This document shows, one piece after another, positions 1 to 10,800 of a DNA stretch of 64,000 nucleotides. This stretch comes from Malacoraja senta. Taxonomy: Eukaryota. The stretch covers positions 1,552,001 through 1,616,000 of the forward strand of contig CM075992.1 in NCBI GenBank assembly GCA_038087875.1. The letters are read 5' to 3'. The position numbers and the translations under genes were made by a program. The notes under the pieces are model-generated. The model worked only from the letters and a program-made list of their open reading frames with translations. It made no database searches and was not told where the DNA came from. Position 1 is the first letter of the stretch; every line of letters begins with the position of its first letter.

Positions 1-1780
1 TCTCCGTTCTAAATGGCTTAATCCTTATTCTTAAACTGTGGCCCCTGGTTCTGGACTCCCCCAACATGGTTCCTGCCTCTAGTGTGTCCAAGCCCTTAAC
101 AATCTTATATGTTTCAATGAGATCCCCTCTCATCCTTCTAAACTCCAGAGTGTACAAGCCCAGCTGCTCCATTCTCTCAGCATATGACAGTCCCGCCATC
201 CTGGGAATTAACCTTGTAAACCTACGCTGCACTCCCTCAATAGCAAGAATGTCCTTCCTCAAATTACGGGACCAAAACTGCACACAATACTCCAGGTGTG
301 GTCTCACTAGGGCCCTCTACAACTGCAGAAGGACCTCTTTGCTCCTATATTCGATTCCTCTTGTTGATCTTTCATTCATCATTGTAGGAGCAAGATGGAA
401 AGGCCATATGGAGCTGGTGTTTGAGGTAACACTTGATTTATTAAGTCTGGTGAGCTCCCTCTCCCACCAGTCAAGGCTGATCTGTCAAGTGTGGCTTTGG
501 TACATTGATAATATTTTCAGATGATGCGGTTTTGCACACAGACTTGATTAACAATAAAACAAGGTCTTGATTACAGAATGGAACTGAGAAAGACTTAATC
601 AGGTGACATGGGATCAGGGATATGGATGTCAGCAATACATGAACTGAGACAAAGATGGAATCAGGAAATATTGCCAAGATAGAATCATGCTGTCCTTGAG
701 ATAAAACAGATACATGATCCAAAACTCACCTTAGTTCATGCATGTTTATTCCAGCCTTGGAAAGGACTGTTGAAGATGGTCAAGGACTTGAGTTTTAACA
801 GAACCCAAAGAGAATGGCTTCAGATTTATCCATATATAGTAAGATGATTTTTGTGCACTCAGCAGTGGATGCCAGGTACGACTACATAGAAGTCAAGTCA
901 AGTCAAGTGAAACATAGAAACATAGAAAATAGGTGCAGGAGGAGGCCATTCGGCCCTTTGAGCCAGCACCGCCATTCATTGTTATCATGGCTGATCGTCC
1001 CCAATCAATAACCCGTGCCTGCCTTCTCCCCATATCCCTTGACTCCACTAGCCCCTAGAGCTCTATCTAACTCTCTCTTAAATCCATCCAGTGACTTGGC
1101 CTCCACTGCCCTCTGTGGCAGGGAATTCCACAAATTCACAACTCTCTGGGTGAAAACGTTTTTTCTCACCTCAGTCTTAAATGGTCTCCCCTTTATTCTA
1201 AGACTGTGTGTGGCCCCTGGTTCTGGACTCGCCCAACATTGGGAACATTTTTCCTGCATCTAGCTTGTCCAGTCCTTTTATAATTTCATTTGTTTCTATA
1301 AGATCCCCCCTCATCCTTCTAAACTCCAGTGAATACAAGCCTAGTCTTTTCAATCTTTCCTCATATGACAGTCCCGCCATCCCAGGGATCAATCTTGTGA
1401 ACCTACGCTGCCTCAATCACAAGGATGTCCTTCCTCAAATTAGGAGACCAAAACTGTACACAATACTCCAGATGTGGTCTTACCAGAGCCCTATACAACT
1501 GCAGAAGAACCTCTCTACTCCTATACTGAAATCCTCTTGTAATGAAGGCCAACATTCCATTAGCTCTCTTCTGAACCTGCACGCCAACTTTGAGTGACCG
1601 GTATACAAGGACACCCAGGTCTCGCTGTACCTCCCCCTTACCTAACCTAACCCCTTTGAGATAATTATCTGCTCCCCTGTTTTTGCCACCAAAGTGGATA
1701 ACCTCACATTTATCTATATTATACTGCATCTGCCATGCATCTGCCCACTCACTCAACCTGTCCAGGTCACCCTGCAACCT
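1..1780 (-). mobile_element. CR1-clade (HER1-like) LINE 3' fragments (1-360 and 911-1780) separated by a degenerate L2-like segment
   Basis: [39 protein letters not shown] and [13 protein letters not shown] motifs; (TCTATGTT)n-type tail at ~911-930. Confidence 0.88.
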
Positions 1781-2105
1781 CCACATACAGTTTAGAAACT
1801 GTGCAGGGTCAAGAAAGATGATGAGGTTTATCTGGCTGATATCAGCATATAAATATAAATTGATGCAGTATTTCTGGAAGATATTCTGAGGGATAGCATA
1901 TAGAAGAGAAGCAGGAGAAGACTAATGTACATGGGGTCACCAGAGATAATGGAACAAATGCAGGATAATTTTTATTTTCAGATAGGAGACAATAACTGAA
2001 CTTTCTATTTCAGGTGAAGATGAAATACTTATCCGATTTGGAAGAATTCTGGAGGAATTTTCTCCTCTGATGCCATCATCATATACTCTAAGGTCAGATG
2101 CAATA

Positions 2106-2636
2106 AAATGCAGAACATTCTCAGGATGCATCACAGCTTGGTTTGGGAACATCTCCACCCAAGAACGCTAGGTATTGCAGTGAAGGTGGACGCAGCCCAG
2201 ACCATCACACGAACCAACCTCCCTTCCATTTATACCTCACGCTGCCTCGGCAAGGCCAGCAGCATAATCAAGGACCAGTCACAACCCGGCCAATCCCTCT
2301 TCTCCCCTCTCCCATCAGGCAAAAGGTACAGAAGTGTGAAAACGCACACCTCCAGATTCAGGGGCAGTTTCTTCCCAGTTGTTATCAGGCAACTGAACCA
2401 TCCTACCACAACCAGAGAGCAGTGCTGAACTACTATCTACCTAATTTGTGACCCTCGGACTATCTTTGATCAGACTTTGCTGGCTTTATCTTGCACTAAA
2501 CGTTATTCCCTTATCATGTATCTGTACACTGTGAATGGGTCGGTTGTAATCTTGTATTGTCTTTCCGCTGACTGGTTAGCACGCAACAAAAGCTTTTCAC
2601 TGTACCTCGGTACACGTGACAATAAATTAAACTAAG
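2106..2636 (+). mobile_element. Rex1-type LINE 3' fragment
   Basis: LPSIYTSRCLGKASSIIKD..HP..LFSPLPSGKRYRS..TSRFRGSFFP, homologous to the C-terminal part of the 23.4-25.0 kb element. Other fragments at ~4003-4195(+), 9215-9520(-), 13215-13640(-), 32960-33300(-) and 40005-40370(-). Confidence 0.8.
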
Positions 2637-2811
2637 TTGCTTGTCTGAAGGCAAAGGAGATTACAGATGTTGACAACAAATATGTCCTAGCCGTCCCAAC
2701 CTCTCCCTATGGCTTATACCCTCAGGTCCTGGCAGTCCTCATATGACATGTTTTTTTAAAAGAAATAGCAGCTTTGGGGATTCCACGAATATTGCTTTGT
2801 TTACAAAATTC

Positions 2812-3735
2812 TTAAGGGGTTGGACAGGCTAGATGCAGGAAGATTGCTCCCGATGTTGGAGAAGTCCAGGACAAGGGGTCACAGCTTAAGGATAGGGGGA
2901 AATCCTTTAAAACCGAGATGAGAAGAACTTTTTTCACACAGAGAGTGGTGAATCTCTGGAACTCTCTGCCACAGAGGGTAGTCGAGGCCAGTTCATTGGC
3001 TATATTTAAGAGGGAGTTAGATGTGGCCCTTGTGGCTAAAGGGATCAGAGGGTATGGAGAGAAGGCAGGTACAGGATACTGAGTTGGATGATCAGCCATG
3101 ATCATATTGAATGGCGGTGCAGGCTCGAAGGGCCGAATGGCCTACTCCTGCACCTAATTTCTATGTTTCTATGTTTCTATGTTTAAATTTGAATTTTCAT
3201 GGATTTCAATTGACATTTAGGATGAATAAACAGAGATTAGATTAAATCAAAATGCATGGAAATCACTAAAAAAAAGTGACTGGGTGATCAAAGCATTGTA
3301 ATTTTAAATTAAGAATTTTCACTGGAATTTAGGATGAGGGGGATCTTATAGAAACATATAAGATTGTTAAGGGTTTGGACATGCTAGAGGCAGGAAACAT
3401 GTTCCCGACGTTGGGGGAGTCCAGAACCAGGGGCCACAGTTTAAGAATAAGGGGCAGGCCATTTAGAACTGAGATGAGGAAAACTTTTTCGCACAGAGAG
3501 TTGTGAATTTGTGGAATTCTCTGCCTCAGAAGGCAACTGGAGGCCGATTCACTGGATGCATTCAAAAGAGAGTTAGATAGAGCTCTTAGGACAAGCGGGA
3601 ATCAAGGGGTATTTGGGAGAAGGCAGGAACGGGGTACTGATTGTGGATGATCAGCCATGATCACATTGAATGGCGGTGCTGGCTCGAAGGGCCGAATGCC
3701 CTACTCCTACACCTATTGTCTACATATCTATGTAT
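2812..3735 (+). mobile_element. Two CR1/HER1-like LINE 3' ends (2812-3183, 3324-3735)
   Basis: Same conserved 3' end (gaatggcggtgcaggctcgaagggccgaatggcctactcctgcacc) with a ttctatgt tail. Further copies at ~4203-4590(-), 7333-7825(+), 8141-8615(+), 11370-11595(+), 11820-11990(-), 12950-13215(+), 14180-14580(-), 20985-21600(+), 27710-27960(+), 28966-29195(-), 35676-36090(+), 39285-39605(+), 43045-43437(-), 45990-46262(+), 49430-49755(-), 55785-56327(+), 57000-57358(-), 60617-61050(+) and 62235-62540(+). Confidence 0.88.
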
Positions 3736-5129
3736 CAATGAGTATATATTTTTAAAAACTTCATAAAATTGCCCACGTTTTTATTGATTGCAAGGTAAGG
3801 TAAATGTAAGGATGAATTTTGGTAGTACCATGGACACAGAATACAAGCAAATGCTGGCTTGCAAACTGAGGAAGGCTTAATCAAATTTTAGTGAATGAAT
3901 AATGGCCCCATTAGAATGATGCAAATATCTGAAGCATTATTTGACAGGTGAGGTAGCATCTCAGGAAAGAGGTAAATAGAGTTATTGTTTTAGTTACTGT
4001 AAAGCTGAACTACTATCTACCTCATTGAAGATCCACAGACCTTCTTTGATCAGACTTTGCTGGCTTTAACTTGCCCTAAATGTTATTCCCTTATCATGTA
4101 TCTGTACACTGCGAATGGCTCGATTGTAATCATGTCTTGTCTTTCCGCTGGCTCGTTAGCATGCAACAAAAGCTTTTCACTGAACCTCAGTACACATAAG
4201 AAATAGACAATAGGTGCAGGAGTAGGCCATTTGGCCCTTCGAGCCAGCTGGCCTACTCCTATTCAATGTGATCATGGCTGATCATCCCCAATCAGTACCC
4301 CGTTCCTGCCTTCTCCCCATATCCCCTGACTCCGCTATCTTTAAGAGCCCATCTAGCTCTCTCTTGAAAGCATTCAGAGAACCTGCCTCCACCGCCCTCT
4401 GAGGCAGAGAATTCCACAGACTCACCACTCTCTGTGAGAAAAAGTGTTTCCTCGTCTCCGTTCTAAATGCTTACTCCTTATTCTTAAACTGTGTGTGTGG
4501 CCCCTGGTTCTGGACTCCCCCAACATCGGGAACATGTTTCCTGCCTCTAGCACGTCCAAGCCCTTAACAATCTTATATGTTTCAATGAGGGACAATTCAC
4601 ATTGTACAATTTACAAGCCAATTAACCTGGAAACTTGAATGTCTTTGGCATGTGAGGAACTGAGATCTCGGAGAAACCCACGCGGTCACGGGGACAAGGT
4701 ACAAACTCCGCGCAGGCAAGCACCTGTAAATCGGGATCGAACCCGGGTCCCTGGTGCTGTGAGCCCAATATAGAAAATATAATAGCACAAAACTCGAATT
4801 TCGCAAATGTTTTTATAAATATCATAAATATTCCAAAAGATGATATTTGTAAATAAAATTATCTCATAAACACAAGCAAAACATTAGTGCAAATAAATTA
4901 CATTCAAATGAAAATATTCCATTAACTTTCTGTAAATGTGGTGATAGCATCATTCCAATGGAAATGGGTAAAAACGACAGACCACGAGGTGATTTAAACA
5001 GTGATCCTCACAACAGTTCATAATACTTGAGGACTGCATGGTGCTCCAGTCACCAGCTCTCTTTTTTAATCTCTTTTAGTTTTTGCAAATCAGGAGAGTT
5101 ACAAAGTTGAAATCCTCTTCACAGAGAGA

Positions 5130-5660
5130 GCAGAGACACGAAATGCTGGAGTAACCCAGCGGGACAGCAGCATCTCTGGAGAGAAGGAATGGGCGACGCT
5201 TCGGTCGAATCTGAAGATGGTTCTCGACCCTGAAACGCCATCTATTCCTTTTCTCAGAGATGCTGCCTGTCCCGTTGAGTTACCCAGCATTCTGTGTCTA
5301 TCCCCTCTGGGTAGCCCCCACCCTACATTCTGTGTCTATCCCCTCTAGGGTAGCCCCCACCCTACATCAGTCTTAAGAAGGGTTCGGCCCGAAACGTTGC
5401 CTATTTCCTTCGCTCCATAGATGCTGCTGCACACGCTGAGTTCTCCAGCATTTTTGTGTACCTGCTGGAGAAACTCAGCGGGTGCAGCAGCATCTATGGA
5501 GCGAAGGAAATAGGCAACGTTTCGGCCCGAAACCCTTCCGGGTTTCGTCCCGAAACGTTGCCTATTTCCTTCAGGGTTTCGGCCCGAACGTTGCCTATTT
5601 CCTTCGCTCCATAGATGCTGCTGCACCCGCTGAGTTTCTCCAGCACTTTTGTCTACCCCC
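5130..5660. mobile_element. Cluster of Penelope-derived short inverted-repeat elements
   Basis: Repeated arms gctggagaaactcagcgggtgcagcagcatctatggagcgaaggaaataggcaacgtttcgg and their reverse complement. Similar copies at ~11015-11160, 12455-12690, 13780-13955, 15410-15830, 16480-16605, 20000-20110, 20585-20775, 25020-25170, 26155-26330, 26970-27040, 28490-28650, 28810-28960, 29690-29822, 29945-30070, 32815-32950, 36295-36420, 49225-49300, 55635-55730, 57378-57465, 60280-60600, 61995-62190, 62798-62968 and 63961-64000. Confidence 0.8.
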
Positions 5661-5737
5661 TCTGAAGTATTGGTTTTCTCAGCTCTTATGAGTGTCATCA
5701 AACTCTTATGTTCACTATTCTTTTTAGATATTGTTAT

Positions 5738-6259
5738 TTTATTAAGGGAATAACCAAGTAAGCTACTGACATACTATTACAATCAATGCTGGATTGGGGG
5801 CCACAAACAAGGCAGATGAAAGCTTCCCACCCAATTTCCTTTCATCTTAAACTTAAACTATCATGAGCTTTCTTTTGAAGGAGTTTGCTTGCATGCACTA
5901 ATTCACTGCTGTAAGGATACTGTGCTGTTAACATGTCTCTATTTTCTTCTCTTCCCAATAGACTCGAGGAACGGCACTTCACCAAACAGTGCAATACAAT
6001 ATTTATGTTAAATATTTCACCTCTTAAGAAAAGAGGCTTAGTTAAAGAATCCCACGTTGGGACTATTGTGATCTGAACATCAGACAATGAGGACATTTAC
6101 ATATCCAGTCACCCACTTCTTGCTGATTGAAACATTGTACCTCAGGGACCAAATGCTCGTGTATATATAGAGTAGTGAGACAAAAGCAATCGCCCTTTCT
6201 CCCAACCAAATGAATCAACCAAGCACAAAGTAGGAGGGGAACCGCGTAACAATAAATAA
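5738..6259 (-). promoter_or_regulatory. 3'UTR signals of the TNFSF gene: AU-rich element UUAUUUAUU (6251-6259) and candidate polyA signal AATAAA (5738-5743)
   Basis: Forward aataaataa at 6251-6259 is TTATTTATT on the minus strand. Forward tttatt at 5738-5743 is AATAAA on the minus strand, ~620 nt after the stop. Confidence 0.55.
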
Positions 6260-6361
6260 CTCACACCAGTAGCATGGCCAGTCCTTGTACACTACACAAA
6301 TTGTCCTTCCAGGATACATGAAGCTTGTTAAAGTGCTGCCAGTGTGCAGATCGGAGGGATT

Positions 6362-6765
6362 CTAATTCCTATCAGGAAATGCCCCAAAATATATGTGTTC
6401 ATGATCCAGGGTGATGTAGTTCTGCTCCAGTCCGTGGATTCTGACTTGAAGCCAGCTCTTGGCTGTGATGTGGACTAGTGTGCTTGACTGATCGAACGCA
6501 TCCTCTGCATCCGACAGCATCTTCACTTCCATGCTCAAAATGGAGGCACATTCATTAGTCCCGGTGCAGCGGGAGAGTTCCAACTTGATGGGCGAACTGT
6601 TGTGCCATTGGTTTGCAACAGAGCATATCACTTTCAGCTTGGCATAGATGTAGTACATCCCATCCCTCGTGCTGTGCAGCTCCTGGTTGTCGAAACGGAA
6701 GCCAGCACCCAGGTAACTATTTCCCAGTCCATTGGTGGCTGCCCATGTTACAGTTCGGTTGTAAT
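6362..6765 (-). CDS. Terminal exon of a TNF-superfamily ligand (TNF homology domain), TNFSF9/4-1BBL- or CD70-like; upstream exons not visible
   Basis: Acceptor tttctgtctgtag| at 6767/6766, phase 1. Reads (D)YNRTVTWAATNGLGNSYLGAGFRFDNQELHSTRDGMYYIYAKLKV...LQVRIH...HIYFGAF*. This has the THD hallmarks: early W, L-x4-G-x-Y-x-I-Y strand and C-terminal FGAF. Confidence 0.88.
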
Positions 6766-7131
6766 CTACAGACAGAAATGAAACAGTCATTAATTTAAGT
6801 GCATTTAGAGACATAGAGTGATACAACGTGGAAATAAGCCCTTCTGCCCAACTTGCCCACACCGACCAACATGTCCCAGCTACACTAGTCCCACCTGCCA
6901 GCATCTGTCCATAACCCTCCAACCAGTCCTATCTATGTACCTGTCCAATTGTTTTATAATGCTGCCTCAAATACCCCCTCTGGCACCACCCTTACCTCAT
7001 ATTACCTCCATCTCTCAATGTTATGAACCAGTGTGTGAAAGTTGTGTGACAAGTTCATGAAACTCACTTGCTCCTAAACTGGTTATAAGTGATAGGAGCA
7101 GATTAGGCCATTCGGCCCATCAAGTCCACTC

Positions 7132-7331
7132 NNNNNNNNNNNNNNNNNNNNNNNNNNNNNNNNNNNNNNNNNNNNNNNNNNNNNNNNNNNNNNNNNNNNN
7201 NNNNNNNNNNNNNNNNNNNNNNNNNNNNNNNNNNNNNNNNNNNNNNNNNNNNNNNNNNNNNNNNNNNNNNNNNNNNNNNNNNNNNNNNNNNNNNNNNNNN
7301 NNNNNNNNNNNNNNNNNNNNNNNNNNNNNNN
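7132..7331. other. Assembly gap (200 N, probably a fixed-size placeholder)
   Basis: Exactly 200 Ns, flanked by oppositely oriented CR1-type fragments. Confidence 0.98.
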
Positions 7332-7836
7332 CCACACTGTCCGAAATACTCTGATGTGAGATCTGTGCCACTTAGTCTGGGGCAACATATGATGAGCGTT
7401 TGATGGACGGCCTCCACTCGCTGGAGTTTGGAACGATGAGGGGAGACCTCCATGAAACTTACCAAATAGTGAAAGGCCTGGGTAGAATGGACGTGGAGAG
7501 GATGTTTCCACTAGTGGGAGAGTCTAGGACCAGAGGTCACAGCCTCAGAATTAAAGGACGTTCTTTAGGAAGGAGGTGAGGAGGAATTTCTTTAGTCAGA
7601 GGGTGGTGAATCTGTGGAATTTATTGCCACAGAAGGCTGTGGAGGCCGTCAATGGATACTTTTAAGGCAGAGATAGATAGATTCTTGATTAGTACGGGTG
7701 TCAGGGGTTATGGGGAGAAGGCGGGAGAATGGGGTTAGGAGGGAGAGATAGATCAGCCATGATTGAATGGTGGAGGAGACTTGATGGGCCGAATGGCCTA
7801 ACTCTGCTCCTATCACTTATGAACTTATAAACTTAC

Positions 7837-10800
7837 AACTTGCATGTGTTGCATCTTGTCAGAGATGTGCTCCATGCCAGCTTTAGTGGACAGAATGATG
7901 CGGTTGACGTATTCAAGATGCTCTATCGATTTATCCCGTCGGGTTTGCTCATCCTCCAGGTGAGCTTGCAGGTCTGTTAACAATTTCTGCTCGCTGTGTC
8001 AAAATCCAGGAGGAATGTGGAAACATTTTTACGTCAAGCAATTATTTAGAAATAAAGCCGGACAGTTCATGGGCAAGCCTTGAGCCACTTCTTGTTCCGT
8101 TACTTCAATTACTTGCCTCCCTATACAAAGATCATCTAAACTAGGTGATTCCCCGGATGGCGAGACTCATACGCTGAGAGAAATGGAGCGGCTGGCCTTG
8201 TACACTCTGGGAGTTTAGAAGGATGAGAGGGAATCTCATTGAAACATATAAGATTGTTAAGGGCTTGGACACGCTAGAGACAGGAAACATGTTCCTCGAT
8301 GTTGGGGGAGTCCAGAACCAGGGGCCACACAGTTTAAGAATAGGGGTCAGCCATTTAGAACGGAGACGAGGAAACACTTTTTCTCACAGAGAGTTGTCAG
8401 TCTGTGGAATTCTCTGCCTCAGAGCCGGTTCTCTGGATGCTTTCCAGAGAGAGCTAGATAGGCTCTTTAAAATAGCGGAGTCAGGGATATGGGGAGAAGG
8501 CAGGAACGGGGTACTGTTTGGGGGATGATCAGGCCATGATCATATTGAATGGCGGTGCTGCTCGAAGGGCCGAATGGCCTACTCCTGCACCTATCGTCTA
8601 CTGTCTATTGTCTTTACTCCAGTTTTCTCCAGTTTACGGTGAACAGTCATCGCACTTCTTAAGAGTTAAACCTTACTCAAAACTATAACTTGACACCTAT
8701 TTTATATTTTTTTCCTTTCGGTCAGTGAACTTTGATATTTATGAAAGGCAAGAGGGGGAAATACAGCCTAATTCTACTGTCAGTAAATGCTAGAGCGTTA
8801 TTGAGGATAGAGGAACTGAATACCTGGATATTTATAGGTCATTGGAAGCAAATTCTGACTGAATCTTTTGAAGAAGTGAGTAATTAGTGGATTGGGGGAT
8901 ATTGATGGATGTTATTTACATGTCCTTATCCAACTCTTTGTCATTGAAAGTGTTTGAAAAACGTTGCCATTAAGTATGTTAACCAAAGTAAAAATTCATG
9001 TAACTGAAGGCAATTAATGATCTAGTAACGAAGTTAAATGAACAGCAAGAGACAGAGAGGACAGATAATGGAGGTTCTCAAAATGGCAGGATATATTTAG
9101 TTGCTGAAATTATTCAATACATTGACAAATCACTCATAGGATAGAATAGAAAACCATGTATCAAATCTACAGAATAGCATTGTTAGCAATGTGGATGGCA
9201 GCGTTTGTTTAATTCCGTTTATTGTCACGTGTACTGAGGTACAGTGAAAAGCTCTTTGTCGCATGCTGACCAGTCAGAGGAAAGACAATACATGATTATA
9301 ATCGAGCTATTTACAGTGTATAGACACACGATGAAGGGAATGAGGTTTAGTGCAAGAATAAAGTCCAATACAACCCGATTAAAGCTAGTTTGAGGGTCTC
9401 CAATGAGGTAGATAGTAGCTCAAGACAGCTCTCTAGTTGTCGATAGGATGGTTCAGTTGCCTGATAACAGTTGGGAAGTCACTGTCCTGAATCTGGAGGT
9501 GTGTGTTTTCACACTCTATTATATGAATCTGGGGCCGGTCCCAATCTTATTTAATTGTGAAAATGATTTCAAAGGTCTCCAGCTGTTTCTACATTGTAGA
9601 TCCAGTGTAGGGGTGTTGGGAACAGAATAGTGAGCTACACATGTGTGCAGGAAATACAATAATATTCTTCATACCTGGAGAGTTTGGTTTCACCAGAATA
9701 TTTCATGTGATCATACAGTGCTTGCAGCTTCTCTTCTTCTCCTTCAGTTGTACCAACTGGTCCTTATTCTCCAGCTCCAGTTGCTGCAAGTGCTTCAGAG
9801 TCTCTCCCTGCAGTATGTAGTGTTTCACGATATCCTGAGGTCAAAAGCAAGGCAAGCTGAGTGAAGCCAGAAAACCTCAGTGTTCTGCACATTTCGATTA
9901 TCGCACTGACAAAGGGTGACATGGTGGTAGAGTTGCTGCCTCACAGGGCTTGCACCGCCAGAGACCCGGGTTCAATCCTGGCTACGGGTGCTGTCTGTAC
10001 GGAGTTTGTACATTCTCCCTGTGGGATTTCTCCGGATGCTCCGGTTTCCTCCCACATTCTAATGCATGCAGGTTTGCAGGTTCATTGGCTCCTGCAAATA
10101 CTCCCTGGTGTGTTTGGATAGAATTAGTGTATGGGTGATTGCTGGTCGGTGGGCCGAAGGGGGCCTGTTTCCATGCTGTATGTCTAAACCAAACTAAACT
10201 AAACTGAACTAAACTGAACTACTGAGTTCATCTTTTTGAATTCAGATAAAGCATATAAAGCATCAGAAATACATGATGTCATTATTTCGTAAACCCCTGC
10301 CCCACGGTACGAGTTCATTCCAAGAGCTCTCCCGAGATTTACGGTAATGGCCGCTCGTCGGTACTCGGGGCTCTCGTGGACATTTTTCATCGTGTTCAAA
10401 AATCTTCACGAGTCTTCCCGTGCTTACCTGCCGTTAGCGAGTCTTCCCGAGTACCTGCCGTTAGTGTTACGAGCCGCTAAGAGACGTCCCCGAGCTCCGA
10501 CGTACCCGCTACGTTCATTCTCCGTCCTACCACGAGTTAGATTTTTTAAAACTCGGGAGAGCTCTTGGAATGAACTCGCACCGTGGGACAGGGCTATTAG
10601 TGTTATAGTTAAACAAGTAGTAGTGACATAAATACACATTTATCGTGACCTACCCTGATAAATAAGGAGAAAGTGCTTTTGTGGATGCCATTTATTTTTA
10701 CAGAATATCAAATATTATGAGCACCATTGAATAGCGTTAAGCATTGACCAGCACACAATGACTGACTGGATTACAGACAGTTCTCTCTCACAAATGGCCC

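Noticed and set aside
365..890. ORF 471-722 and a strong minus-strand donor near 729
   Set aside because: The sequence looks like a decayed L2-type RT remnant (LSSCIADI, VCKTA) with stops; no gene model.
2014..2092. Possible plus-strand exon (ttctatttcag|GT GAA GAT..CTA AG|gtcaga; EDEILIRFGRILEEFSPLMPSSYTL)
   Set aside because: Plausible splice sites, but no recognisable protein and no partner exons in the window; cannot be supported without RNA-seq.
5370..5660. Repeated palindromic units resembling a CRISPR array or terminators
   Set aside because: Eukaryotic context, no unique spacers and no cas genes; these are copies of the dispersed Penelope-type element.
6766..6922. N-terminal part of the 186-aa ORF preceding the TNF domain
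   Set aside because: Intron plus CR1 LINE tail read through in frame; a good acceptor lies at 6767/6766.
7060..7085. Minus-strand GTGAGT donor as a possible penultimate TNFSF exon
   Set aside because: Only ~15 nt lie between it and a LINE tail, with no AHL-type strand-A motif.
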